Shown: positions 15,001-21,064, counted from the stretch's first letter. The stretch is DNA of 64,000 nt from Candidatus Omnitrophota bacterium (GCA_029261035.1 JAJDCD010000025.1:2926-66925), one strand, 5' to 3'. A program made the numbers and translations. The notes: generated by a model not told the origin, from the letters alone.

Positions 15001-18000
15001 CCACATTTAATGTAATCGTACTATCAATCATAAATGTAGAAAGATTAACTTTAAGTATACTTCCAGGAGAAGCTTGCGTTCCGAAATAAGCAAATTGATT
15101 AGCCTCATCAATAATGGCAGACTGAATATTATGTGAGCCACCCGCAGATAATGCTCCTACTCGAGTAAAGGTAGCTAAGTTTACTTTAACTATTTGAGAT
15201 GGATTTGGTGACTCAGTCGTAAAATAAGCAAACTGATTACCCACATCAATAATCGCTTCACTAATTTGATCTTCACCTGCACCCAATGTTAACGTTCCAA
15301 CTAAAGTAAAATCAGAAAGACGCACTTTAAGAACAACTCCAGGATCTGTATCTGTTCCAAAGTAAGCAAAGCCATTCGTTAAATCTATAGTAGAAGCTTG
15401 GATATTTTTATTTCCAGCATTTAATGTTATTGCTGAAACTCGAGTCATCGTACTTAGGTTAAACTTTACTACGATTCCTGGTTGTGTAGAAGTCCCTATA
15501 TAACCTAAAGAATTTGCATTATCAAGAATTAATCCACGCCCACTATTTTCACCTGCATTAAGTAGCAATCCAGAATCACGAGTAAACGTACTTAAGTTAA
15601 TTTTAACTAGATTAGTGGGTGAGGTGAATGTAGATGCATAAGCAAAAGAATCTGTATTATCAATAACAAGACCAAAAATTATGTTTTCCCCTGCATTTAA
15701 TGTTAACGCGGAGTCCCGAGTAAAAGTAGATAAGTTAACTTTAACTACGATTCCTGGCAGCGTTTGTGTTCCAGCATAAAGAAAAGAATCACTGCTATCA
15801 ATTGCCAACGTACGAGGAGAATTTTCACCTGTATTTAAGGTTAAAGCAGAAACTCGAGTAAAACTGGTTAAATTAATTTTAACAATCTTCCCAGGACTGG
15901 TGAGAATAGAAAAATAAGCGAAACTTCCTGTACTATCTATAACACCAGCTTGAGGTTGGTTTTCACCTGATTGAAGCTGAATTGCTGAAACAAATTGAAA
16001 GGTATTTAAATCAATCTTAGCTATAGAACCAGGAAACGTTCCACTAACACCTAAATAAGCAACTTGATTGGCTAAATCGACAACACTAGATGAAACAGCA
16101 AATAGGTTTAGCGGTGAACTTGGGAGTTCGAGACCATCCACTCGAGTAAAGGTATTTAAATCAACCTTAGCAAGCCACCCAGGTAAACCTCCTCCACCAA
16201 AATAAGCAAAACCATTGGGCACATCAATAAAAGCGGTACTCGCTCCCACTTCATCCAAGCCTAAAACGATAATACCCACTCGAGTAAAAGTAGACAAATT
16301 AACTTTAATCACAACCGCTGGAGACGTTCCGGTTCCAAAATAAATAAATCCATTAACTGTATCAATAACAGATGATGCGATCGTATCCTCTGGGATATTC
16401 CCATAAATTAAATCCGCTTTTTCAAAACCAGTTCCTTCTAATAGAAGATTATTGAAAGCACTTAAAGGACCTGCTGCCGTAATATCCACTGTACCTGAAC
16501 CTGTAAATTGAACTGTGTTTGGTGTGTTTGTTGTAGTGTCTAAAGTTCCAGTCCCCGTCAAAGGAGAACCTGTCCCTGTAATATTAAGCACCCCATTAGA
16601 CCCCATAACGAAAGATCCTGGATTATCAATATTCATTGTTTGGACAGTCGTTGTTCCTGAACCACCATTAACTGTTCCATTCGATTGGTTAAATGCACCG
16701 GATACCGTTAAGTCTCCAGAAAGGGTGAGTGTTCCTATATAAGCGGCTGTCATTGTTAATGAAAGAACACTAAAATTACCATCCATAGTTGAGTTTGCTG
16801 TAGAAGTTCCATCAAATACGATATCATCTCCAGCTCCAGGAGTAGCTCCCCCAAGACCAGACCAATTTGCTGTATTGGACCATAAATTATCTCCTCCTCC
16901 ATTAGTCCAGGTTCCTGTTGGGTCCCAGTTGTAGCTACCATCCCTATTGGTGGACTCCGTCATGATAATTTTATCTGGGCTTAAATTATGAGAATCTTCT
17001 ACCCAGGTGTAGGTAAGGTCTCTAATACCAGATGGATTTACATACCAGGTTCCCTCAGAGTCGTTGGATAGCAATCGGACATGACTGCCGTAAGAACCCT
17101 GAGTCTTCCAAGTCCCTGAAATAGTCTGAACCTCGTCCGATTCAAAATAGATGTACTTGTTTGGTGCTGTAACAGTAAAGTTATAAAATTGGTTACTCTG
17201 ATAAATCGTCGAACTTTGGCTCGAATCTACAAATTCGACGGTTGAGATGCCTGGCTCAAAATGACCCATATTATTCCAGTCTCCAGAAATCAGATAATGA
17301 GCATCTGATCCAGATAATGTGATTCCAGAATGAATCATCATGGACCCACCCACAGAAACAACAGAACCAGATTCTTGAGAATAAGTAATAGGATTAGAAA
17401 GAGTATTTAAAGACAAGTTACCAGAAGTCTCGATGTTACCTAATTGCATGGATTGGTTTGAGGTAAGATAGATGCCACCCGATCCAGAAGTGGCTGTCAA
17501 ATAATTAGCTTGTAGTATTACAGGGTCAGAAGAAGTACCAATAGAAGAGTTAGAAGCGGGTGGCCCGCGGATGTCAATGCTTCCGGCTATTAAAAGTGAA
17601 CTACCCATTTCAGCTCCTACGACAGACCCTTCAGAAAGGGTAAGAACAATATCTCCCGTTTGAGCATTTACCGTTCTAAGAAATATCTTTCCATTTCCAA
17701 CAACCCCATTTCCAATACTAAGACGTATAGGCGCTCCTGAAGAGTTCAGATCCGCACCTGGCATTTGGACAATATTACCTGTTCCTTCCATATCTGCATT
17801 GGCTTGGATGTCAATCACACCTGTGCCAAATGTAACCAATGGGGCTGCCAGAATAACATCCTCATTCGCAGACAAAAACATGGATCCATGGACTCCTATC
17901 GCTGAACTCTGAAGAATAACACTATTAGCCTCGTGAATATAAGACCCTTGAGATCCCACATTCAAACTTAGACTATCGGCATTAATTCCTACGGGGGAGC

Positions 18001-19525
18001 CAGAATCACCCACTCCCGTACTCGCAACTAAACTTACATGAGCACCCTCGACTACAGTAGAAGCAAGACCATCATCCACTAAAGCACCTGTTAACGATTC
18101 TATATATATGTCCCCTAAACTATGAATAGATCCTAAACTCGTATTGTCCTGCTCAACGATATAGACCCCACCCGAACCCGATCTCGCATTCAACAAACTG
18201 GACTGTACTTGAATAGGATTCTCAAGAGTTCCTACAGATGTGGTTCCTGTAGCTCCTGCATTCAGAGTCACAACTTCGGCTGTAATAAGAGAAACTCCTG
18301 GGGCTACTTCCAAAATACTTCCCAACTGAGATTCCAGCGTTATATCTCCATGACTCACCGTCATAGAAGATACTCTAATATTGTCACTCATCTGAATATC
18401 TAAATTCCCATGACTCACTCTAAGTTCTGCTGGAGCCGCCTGAATAAATTCACCTCCACCCGTCATTTCAACCATCCCTTGGAGATGAACATCAGACACT
18501 ATATATATATTCTCTACAGCGTTCACATCAATTTGTCCCTGAGTAGCTCCTACTTGAGCACTTGTATCGACATCACCTTCCATGTAAACATTCTCACCCT
18601 CCATCTTCACTTTACCACCATCGAGAGCATAGATTGTTCCAGAATGTGTAACATCCCCACCAACAGCAAGAAACTCAATAACTCCGTTTTCTTCTACGTA
18701 TGCGTTAGCTTTGATAACACCCTTCTGATTAACTAACATATCAAATACATCACTCACCTGATTAGCCGTCAAAATAACTTTTCCTCCATCAGCCTCTATA
18801 GTACCCACATTTTCTACAGCAGATTCTGTAGATGATGGTGCTGTATCTACATCAATTCCTTCATCAACAACAACACTGACTAAACTGCTTAACCCAGATG
18901 CTCCAAAACTAAGGGTCACTTTATTCCCACTAGCTAAAACCACATTCCCTTTTTCTGCTACAATCACACCTTCATTTGAAACTCGACTTCCAAAAAGACC
19001 TACAAGACCATCCTCAACCACCGAAATTTGCCCCTGATTGATAATCACCCCTGCTGGCAAATTGTTTTTATTCACGAAATTAAAATTACCTGCCATAAAA
19101 TCATCATTTGAGATATCCAAAGCAGAAGCAATTAAATTTCCAACATTAATTTGAGAGGTTGGATCAAATGTAATTCCATTTGGATTTACAATCATCACCG
19201 TTGCATTTGCATTGAGTGCTCCAGAAATAATACTCGCGCCTCCACCAGTAACTCGATTTAAAACTGAGGACGTATCAAAAGGCTGAAAAAAGTTAACCGT
19301 TTCGTTTGAAGCAACATTAAAATCGGTCCAAGAAATAACTGCTTGATGAGAGGTTGTAACATTTAAAGTGGCTGAATCAGGACGATCAAAACTAACACTT
19401 CCTTCTTCAACAGATTCACCGGTAGGCAAAGCATGAACAACAGAGATTGGAAGCAATAAAAGAAGTACCAATCCCATTAAAAACGTTGGTAGAAATTTTT
19501 TATTTCTCAATGTTTTATCAACCAT
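1..19525 (-). CDS. Giant filamentous haemagglutinin-like (TpsA-type) exoprotein/adhesin, >=6508 aa, 3' end outside window
   Basis: ATG at 19525 after an AAAGGG RBS-like motif gives MVDKTLRNKKFLPTFLMGLVLLLLLPISVVHA|LPTGESVEEGSV...ISWTDFNV...FFQP...VLNRVTGG...MIVNPNGITF, i.e. signal peptide plus TPS/haemagglutination-activity domain. The same frame still reads as protein at the window edge (...TGTLLDSIGGTGVAGKTIAL). The ORF track lists no long minus-strand ORF here, as expected for a stop-free frame running off the edge. G/T/S/N/I-rich repeats throughout. Confidence 0.92.
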   Translation of the reverse strand, partial: MVDKTLRNKKFLPTFLMGLVLLLLLPISVVHALPTGESVEEGSVSFDRPDSATLNVTTSHQAVISWTDFNVASNETVNFFQPFDTSSVLNRVTGGGASIISGALNANATVMIVNPNGITFDPTSQINVGNLIASALDISNDDFMAGNFNFVNKNNLPAGVIINQGQISVVEDGLVGLFGSRVSNEGVIVAEKGNVVLASGNKVTLSFGASGLSSLVSVVVDEGIDVDTAPSSTESAVENVGTIEADGGKVILTANQVSDVFDMLVNQKGVIKANAYVEENGVIEFLAVGGDVTHSGTIYALDGGKVKMEGENVYMEGDVDTSAQVGATQGQIDVNAVENIYIVSDVHLQGMVEMTGGGEFIQAAPAELRVSHGNLDIQMSDNIRVSSMTVSHGDITLESQLGSILEVAPGVSLITAEVVTLNAGATGTTSVGTLENPIQVQSSLLNARSGSGGVYIVEQDNTSLGSIHSLGDIYIESLTGALVDDGLASTVVEGAHVSLVASTGVGDSGSPVGINADSLSLNVGSQGSYIHEANSVILQSSAIGVHGSMFLSANEDVILAAPLVTFGTGVIDIQANADMEGTGNIVQMPGADLNSSGAPIRLSIGNGVVGNGKIFLRTVNAQTGDIVLTLSEGSVVGAEMGSSLLIAGSIDIRGPPASNSSIGTSSDPVILQANYLTATSGSGGIYLTSNQSMQLGNIETSGNLSLNTLSNPITYSQESGSVVSVGGSMMIHSGITLSGSDAHYLISGDWNNMGHFEPGISTVEFVDSSQSSTIYQSNQFYNFTVTAPNKYIYFESDEVQTISGTWKTQGSYGSHVRLLSNDSEGTWYVNPSGIRDLTYTWVEDSHNLSPDKIIMTESTNRDGSYNWDPTGTWTNGGGDNLWSNTANWSGLGGATPGAGDDIVFDGTSTANSTMDGNFSVLSLTMTAAYIGTLTLSGDLTVSGAFNQSNGTVNGGSGTTTVQTMNIDNPGSFVMGSNGVLNITGTGSPLTGTGTLDTTTNTPNTVQFTGSGTVDITAAGPLSAFNNLLLEGTGFEKADLIYGNIPEDTIASSVIDTVNGFIYFGTGTSPAVVIKVNLSTFTRVGIIVLGLDEVGASTAFIDVPNGFAYFGGGGLPGWLAKVDLNTFTRVDGLELPSSPLNLFAVSSSVVDLANQVAYLGVSGTFPGSIAKIDLNTFQFVSAIQLQSGENQPQAGVIDSTGSFAYFSILTSPGKIVKINLTSFTRVSALTLNTGENSPRTLAIDSSDSFLYAGTQTLPGIVVKVNLSTFTRDSALTLNAGENIIFGLVIDNTDSFAYASTFTSPTNLVKINLSTFTRDSGLLLNAGENSGRGLILDNANSLGYIGTSTQPGIVVKFNLSTMTRVSAITLNAGNKNIQASTIDLTNGFAYFGTDTDPGVVLKVRLSDFTLVGTLTLGAGEDQISEAIIDVGNQFAYFTTESPNPSQIVKVNLATFTRVGALSAGGSHNIQSAIIDEANQFAYFGTQASPGSILKVNLSTFMIDSTITLNVGENQFRNAEIDTVNGFAYFFGQANPSVVVKINLSTFTRDSAITLTSGHNQVRSSAIDTTNGFLYTAAQSSSPGKLAKIDLSTFTQVDELTLNFGGDENNPHSFVIDVASGFGYVGMNSGGANIVKVQLSDLTRVGAINLQSSEQFLQTAEIDVANGVAYFGSYSNIAKIIKVDLGTKEIRLGTAGGQTLTVNGNLTVGAGMNVTATNFNPNITINGDLNINAGGSFTASNSGTLALKGNLNNSGTFNPGSGTFQLTGASSQTLEVGGSTFNNLIYAGTSTLQLAGALNLNGNLTISSGTFNVNNQTVTMVGSFNNLGIVNTTSGNISITAFSIVPGTINAGAGTLTLSSTGGSLTGGVSTSLTASNIVLTTAGGGVGTVGTVLNTTASNLEVGSATSGIFISNTGQLTIGGIGATTGVSTTGGDIQIVASSPLNVTETVSGPGAITLEAVNDGGDDDHLTISSAASVTSTTGGTISLLAGDDVIINTTGSITTSGGLVRITANNGGTAQEDGVVTQTNGVISASTLVIRSAGTADLDNNIDNTVGTLAGVVTKLGAFFRFRNNANLNIGTVDGVNGVLATANVGVFANGDLQVLDTAATNDVEATTGNVQLEAFLSNRTLTIAGNLRAATNITYNADRMSLIGTTTSTAGIASLLSPTGSLQVNLGGADALGVLGLTDAELDTITVATRIQIDSANSGTITISDNINPANASALRIGGSADIVRSGAFTITVESLEIDVDDGIGLSGTPILTAVSNFSATTDTVGVFVSNTGALTLSTVAFETGITVNTSGDIAIAASSPLTVNSAISVAGAINLTATGDGGGDDHLTIAANVASTGGGTIELFAGDNVIINSGTVSTSGLIRITADNGGGGGIGGVSQTGGAVQGGSIVARAAQNISLFQTSNDADDFAAVSTFDGIITFRDSDDLTITTVDGVSGITAVGNSSIQVDADGNLSVLQALNSPGTGDIFLTAATGTSALTVSALLDAGNGSVFLTAVDGITLTNAGADVTASGGVFTADADSNDDATGDFTLDDAGAAITLSNNNVTITAADVSLTGTISVGSGNVILQPSTDTRTIAVADGAAGDFSLSTADLTTQITASGTLTIGISTGTGAVDIQAINFSTEFYDVVIRGGLIEVGPVSLEIITLGTDQFLQLISTANIAGVGYVALGQSGGVLFDAVTGVASGVQFPSNIFTESVAARTTTSGNVSISTPTSTGDIEIGSVGGVDGVSVVGGGTLTISQNGASQDVFINQPLTTDGGQITINSRTDITFNGASADVTTSGALSLLSDSDFNGTGNFNQNNAGSIISASGGILIRADDVTISGTITADAADITVTASISGIGYGLGSIQFNSVNLSQAELDVFATTGTLIIGNGGFAANILLGDVDLSGEDYNLTVRGTSGTINEVILNTDKILTIDMDSTGTGIVDGNGPLNNVQIAGSNGLLVIDNTTKFGTEADRIETQIQRIIGRTQIAGNTISIDNTGDLTIIADPGGLGFSGLSSSGGLHVTTSGNLTIEAAANGGNDALGVSLVATSGNLNINASVSYFNSSTGDLILTAGTDIIVGNSALIQASGPLSTQITATAGVFTMGAGTRISHTSTSDEALTISAGGNVTIAEIDEGSTNADVHLVSIGGSIGIIAGEGGVSSSDGTSNMSFTANNGITISDVVSTTDAGNLTFDADSDNNGVGSFVLDPTGSLSSQTGDSTIISDTITLNSTLSFTSGNVTLEPSTTGGTIGLGGGTGDLTFSEVQLDQITATSLTIGNTGTADLRVDSLVLSNVSTLNLVSGAGVVEEGAGDGTVDLTVTNLSMNTATTVNVDVNVTNIAIANTGSGGIDITDTAGGMIVDTVSGTIGVLTNGGGISIVTLSPLTITKDVVDTGGGNIVLTASGTAATDDLTIQANVTASGGNGSITFNAGDAITLSVAGTTSTVGTGDITMNAGTGVSTAIVNITRPVTAVNGNISINSPNGSSMNSGLADISTTGTGTITFDVDSDNSGAGAFSALTSGATITSNNTTITLIAARIDNFNLVINSGSGDVNFEPSVGNIGVALSGGSGNFNLDTGELTTLLASTGTVTIGVAAGSGGGDIRDTNLSSEGYDLVVRAGNTNLHLVTMATNKNFSLISAGSISDSNGVINNVAISGTGILLLDGESSIGSLDAIETDVPTLAARVMAAGGDLNIVEVDDLVIGSLGGVNGVSVNNADIQIDATGTITVGQNVTAGTGTVTLQSSGGTDIIEVSTGITISGSGGVSLTTDTFNLNGTASVNGGSGGVTYSADDMAISTSSTTLATGGIAILDANSTSRDITLGSSGSTLALSDAEIDTITADILRITGNQSIDINLAITPANVSTLSLSSGSGGITRSGSGSFVVTNLAVAAISSNNIDLDTSSNNVAVFAASLGGTLTYRDTDNYAIGIVDGVTGISSGGSGAVANLESQTGVITQNAGAVITVDDLSISSFGATLQEDNDIDTLATSIFTGGLTFKDTNSLTVDTVNSINGISAEGVTIDLDTGTLTVSQDLNGRAGAINISFPIGAPTSTITVDSLMEITNTIGSDDITIVADDYNLNGLPSIRSDGKITIRPSSVDGSVALGNTFGGDVSFDNTKASRLSAPTVSFESQGTGNIIINNDFSSPAATLVLVSGGQITQSSSTILTATNLRATAVTSVNLTEATLDENQIGTIAGNVTGASGQFRFDDNNFITIGTVDGVSGITTNNGNITINSFLGTITVNEDINAGTGTVFIRSQAGSNGTINTTATKTITGGGGVSYIADIMSLAANTVATTPGAIVEITPTTGTRDISLGLEQAGELSLDNSELSTITTPILRIGSVFHPINITVRGAISPPNVDVLSLINTSGHSVTQTAGSTVTVDALRITTDNTVAFTEANDVDALAAEINDPNNSFSFTDSDGFTVGIVDGEAGIVVSGTANLDLTSTTGTIATTFAIAIGSGDMTITADGLALGGNLSGTGALVLQPASAGTSIGINDGGVATFNLTTAEIAFLQDGFLSITIGRSDGTHAITYGSFSVSDPFLLRAPVSGGSITGNAAITSSDDASITLTSDGTINLNNSITTDEADIVINANVQLPASTFVILSMGGGATDGNITINGTINGGASAGLTLSAGTNTGVITLNGVIGASTAPGQLNITSSSVTNLTDSITTSGSMFITAAAANVSAGTYTSESGTIDFSGMVTLLGNAVFDAGSTSAGSVVFDQTIDGAFDLTVNLNSNSDVEFKGEIGGTTPLASLTVNNADNVRMFGGTVGSPTSINVETTGNQTIDSDTFDIYAAVTTSGGNVDYTAPGIGGIHLEGAVSFTTGGGDVIFRDQISGLEDITITAGTGNVEFQGNFTINSLNVISANEVDFQGFSTFTGNPTVTATTIILPTTILSSTTNATYTYNGNITLVGPTTFSDIGSGTYYNVVINGDINGASNLTFTNGPGADVTITGNIGNVTPIGALSFNSLHNDVTINGNVTTTDNINLGSVQGTIIVTGDFETTGLFDTQLYRSPTAVQLSGNFTSNFGDISVDGAGAITLVGNTTFDLTGGSGDLTLSQPINGAFSLDISNGSSVQLLGAVGGTTPLTSVTVSTSSFSNVGGVITTGAQSYTATGFAVSFNGGTVQTTNSNITMNSGSLNILLDGVLTITTGAGGGDIDFQDVIGGSSTSLTINAGTGTVTFAGNVTSTGLQNITGSTINLNGSHDTNSGAITLTGAVVLGASTTLDSDNFTGGADITIAGTIDGAQSLTIDAGGSSNVDFQGEIGGTTPVGAISFSFNGANNVDFGADVTAASIDTGFSVNQVTFSGDVTTTGTQSYFADTNRFNTGTFSTSDSDITSFGSLVLLGNVTFDTGSGAGDIGFDGTIDGAFDLTLDSGTGDISLNGVVGGSTPLAAVNVVDASAVSVNANLDAASFTITSATTATFTSDTTTTGVQSITATTINPGSSHSTTNSNITLTGTVVLLRDSTFNTNTGIGNVHFTSTIDGFRALTVTAGTGNVQFDGAVGGITPLEALVISSANNIDFNGAVDVDQSPAGLGRVLTQLFGTAFEESGFDIFIDASDNIYLTGFTDGDLNGETNSGGIDAFTIKMNSSGVVQWTRLLGDGSYTAAYSVVANAAGDVYIGGLTDVDLPMSNGFPGEDSEVAMIAKYNSSGTLQWTRLINGLDGTVEYGFADAIDLDSSGNVYVVGTTYDDDDFFGFGIAASYTSAGVERFVANYSGASTEDVSLLDLVIDSNDRVFSVGYSDNDIGGQTGSGGYDLLLVEINNSTGALVWTILDGNGSDVGGYAITLDASEDIYVTGYADDDFNGQTASGGSADTLIMKYLVQASPTPPTLDFTTLFGDGTEFYQGVDIKVVGASLFVLTNIDAANSHLLLTEHALTGGAPVESVILGDTDSSSIFGQIGVQSTGEIYVIGQSNGDFDGVTGLGITDIIFTEFGQVPASGGAISITHTGTLTVPVGSTLGAEGGFTESGGPVSLSANIDTGNENSSFSGDVTLGDNVAVNTETGTIIFSGNLIVGTNTLTLTGDGINFTGGANSVTGTGALILQPASTSTSIGIGGAAGTLQLSTADITALQDGFSSITIGRSDGSGTITMDATSFNDPITIRSPQPGGSIIIDGQLTSTGAVTIDGPGATTVLNADIVTSGVAITISDSVELGEGLSISLDTTNSGGSPAGANITITGTTDGTAGGSAENLHVYGGTTGNVTLGGAVGGTTALGNLTFTSAVLATLQAGATTINGTLSIGSNTVVSIEGQSLTANVLDNSGTFRLQGGETVSITTYDTNSGTTEFVGTNGGTTHNINNVSTAYNDLLINDANGTEDTFTSTVALDVNGDLTLTDGIFTSPSSTLNVGGDFTHGTNATFNHNNGEVILDGTLQTITPLPSGNTTFFDLTNDDSATGDTLTFAANNGTVVIANDLLLHGQNAANRLLLVSDNPGTQWRIDPQGTRNILAVSVTDSNNINATAIQATDAASTNGGNNTNWLFVGDITGTLLDSIGGTGVAGKTIAL
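1715..2915 (-). repeat. SBBP-like beta-propeller (~7 blades) within the giant protein
   Basis: Units such as IDASDNIYLTGFTDGDL...DAFTIKMNSSGVVQWTRLLG, DSSGNVYVVGTT and LDASEDIYVTGY match the SBBP-type repeat pattern. Confidence 0.75.
14465..16420 (-). repeat. 14 tandem ~44-48 aa beta-propeller blade repeats within the giant protein
   Basis: Manual translation gives the consensus IDxxNGFAYFGTxTxPGxVVKVNLSTFTRVxALTLNxGEN; 14 units counted. Confidence 0.85.
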
Positions 19526-20102
19526 GAATTTGCCCTTTGTAGTTTTAGTAGCTACAAATTAGTTACATAATAAATATAACATATTAAAAGTATTTAAAAC
19601 TATTGCATCTAATTAATAACACCTCCTCATAAGCTAAAACCCCCTATAATTACAAGGGGTTACACTCCATGTAAAAGAGAGAAAAAAGTGTACAAATACC
19701 CCCTATATTGCCTAACTCTCAATTGGAATCACTTTTTTGAAGAAATTTGTAATACCTTAAAAGAGAAGATAAATAGATGAAGAAAATAAGAAAAAATGAG
19801 AGAAAAATTCAAAGGAATAGAGTAAGAATTAAATCTTAAGTTTAAACACTAAACTTAAAACTAAAACAAAAAAATAAGAAAAAAGCAGCAAAAAAAACTA
19901 AAAAATTAAGCCCTTTTTTTTAATAAACACACACAATTAAGTTCAAAACTCTTACTCAAAAGAACATAAGAGTCCCCTCATTTTTAAATAAACTTTTAAG
20001 AGAAAAAAAGAATTAAATGATGAAGAAAAAAAGAACAATTTCTGAAGATATTTTGAATAAATTTAGGAGAATTTTTCGTTAAATGAACTTCAAAGTACAT
20101 GG

Positions 20103-20396
20103 CCCATGTACCAGACTAAACACTTCGCTACGCTTCGTAGTCGGTGCAAGGCTCACCACGCATATTTTAATATTAAAGGTTTATTTGGCTTGCCATGCAC
20201 CTAGCTGTGAACCGTTTTTTCAGCGTTCACGTTTAGCATGGTGCGTGGTGGGGAGAGCAGGATTCGAACCTACGAAGGCGAAGCCAGCAGATTTACAGTC
20301 TGCCCCAGTTGGCCGCTTTGGTATCTCCCCAAAAGTATTATTTTGATATTTACCCCATGAACCAGACCAAATATTTTACTTCATTTCGCGGTCGGT
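20103..20396. repeat. Two 43-bp imperfect direct repeats (20103-20145, 20354-20396) flanking tRNA-Tyr, each hairpin-forming
   Basis: 32/43 identical without gaps; ACCAGACT..AGTCGGT versus ACCAGACC..GGTCGGT. Confidence 0.7.
20246..20330 (-). tRNA. tRNA-Tyr(GTA)
   Basis: GGGGAGATACCAAAGCGGCCAACTGGGGCAGACTGTAAATCTGC...GGTTCGAATCCTGCTCTCCCCACCA; long variable arm, encoded CCA. Confidence 0.97.
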
Positions 20397-20435
20397 AACA
20401 GAGTCGCTTTTCTTTAATGAATATTAAAGAAAAAA

Positions 20436-20509
20436 TGGAGCGGGTGAAGGGGATCGAACCCTCATGACTAGCTTGGAAGGCTAGGGCTCTACCATTGAGC
20501 TACACCCGC
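20436..20509 (-). tRNA. tRNA-Gly(TCC)
   Basis: GCGGGTGTAGCTCAATGGTAGAGCCCTAGCCTTCCAAGCTAG...GGTTCGATCCCCTTCACCCGCTCCA. Confidence 0.97.
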
Positions 20510-20679
20510 TTGTGTTTTTCGTGTAGCGAAAGAGCTACGAAGGCATGGATGCTAAGTGCCGATTTTATGCCATGGATGGCATGCTTTTTATCGGCCACCC
20601 GCCTCTCTCTTCACTACCGGGTACTACAAAATCGCTTATTCTTCTAAATCTCAACCTTACGCCTCTATTGCTAAACCAC

Positions 20680-21036
20680 CTATTCTTTCTCATACTCACA
20701 AGTAACCGTCGTATGAATTCCGCCTCTTACAAGAAACTCCCCACAAACTTCCATATATCTAGGTTTAATTGCTTCTACTAAATCATCCAATATCTTATTC
20801 GTAACAGCCTCATGAAAAGCCCCCTCATTCCTATAGGACCAAAGGTACAGCTTAAGAGACTTCAACTCAACACACAATTTATCGGCAGTATAGCTAATAT
20901 ATATAGTAGCAAAATCTGGCTGTCCTGTTTTAGGACAAACACAAGTAAATTCAGGACATTCAAACTCTATTGTATAGTCCTTCTCTGGGTTCGGGTTCTC
21001 AAATGTATCTAATTCTTTGCTTGGCTTTGTAGACAA
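20680..21036 (-). CDS. queF: NADPH-dependent 7-cyano-7-deazaguanine (preQ0) reductase, short type
   Basis: [15 protein letters not shown] and VELKSLKLY QueF motifs; 118 aa. Confidence 0.95.
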   Translation of the reverse strand: MSTKPSKELDTFENPNPEKDYTIEFECPEFTCVCPKTGQPDFATIYISYTADKLCVELKSLKLYLWSYRNEGAFHEAVTNKILDDLVEAIKPRYMEVCGEFLVRGGIHTTVTCEYEKE

Positions 21037-21064
21037 AACACATCACCTATCTATTATTATCAAA

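Noticed and set aside
14465-16420. Regularly spaced DNA motifs (e.g. ACTCGAGTAAA, TTAACTTTAAC) that could suggest a CRISPR array
   Set aside because: The period is about 130-145 bp, the repeats are degenerate at synonymous positions and in frame with a protein repeat, and no cas genes are present.
990-18736. About 30 short ORFs in the track across the giant gene, mostly plus-strand and rich in V/P/S/T/I
   Set aside because: They are antisense or off-frame shadows of the giant minus-strand frame and show no independent protein motifs.
19530-20095. Replication origin in the AT-rich gap
   Set aside because: No cluster of TTATCCACA-like DnaA boxes was seen and no dnaA/dnaN/gidA context is present.
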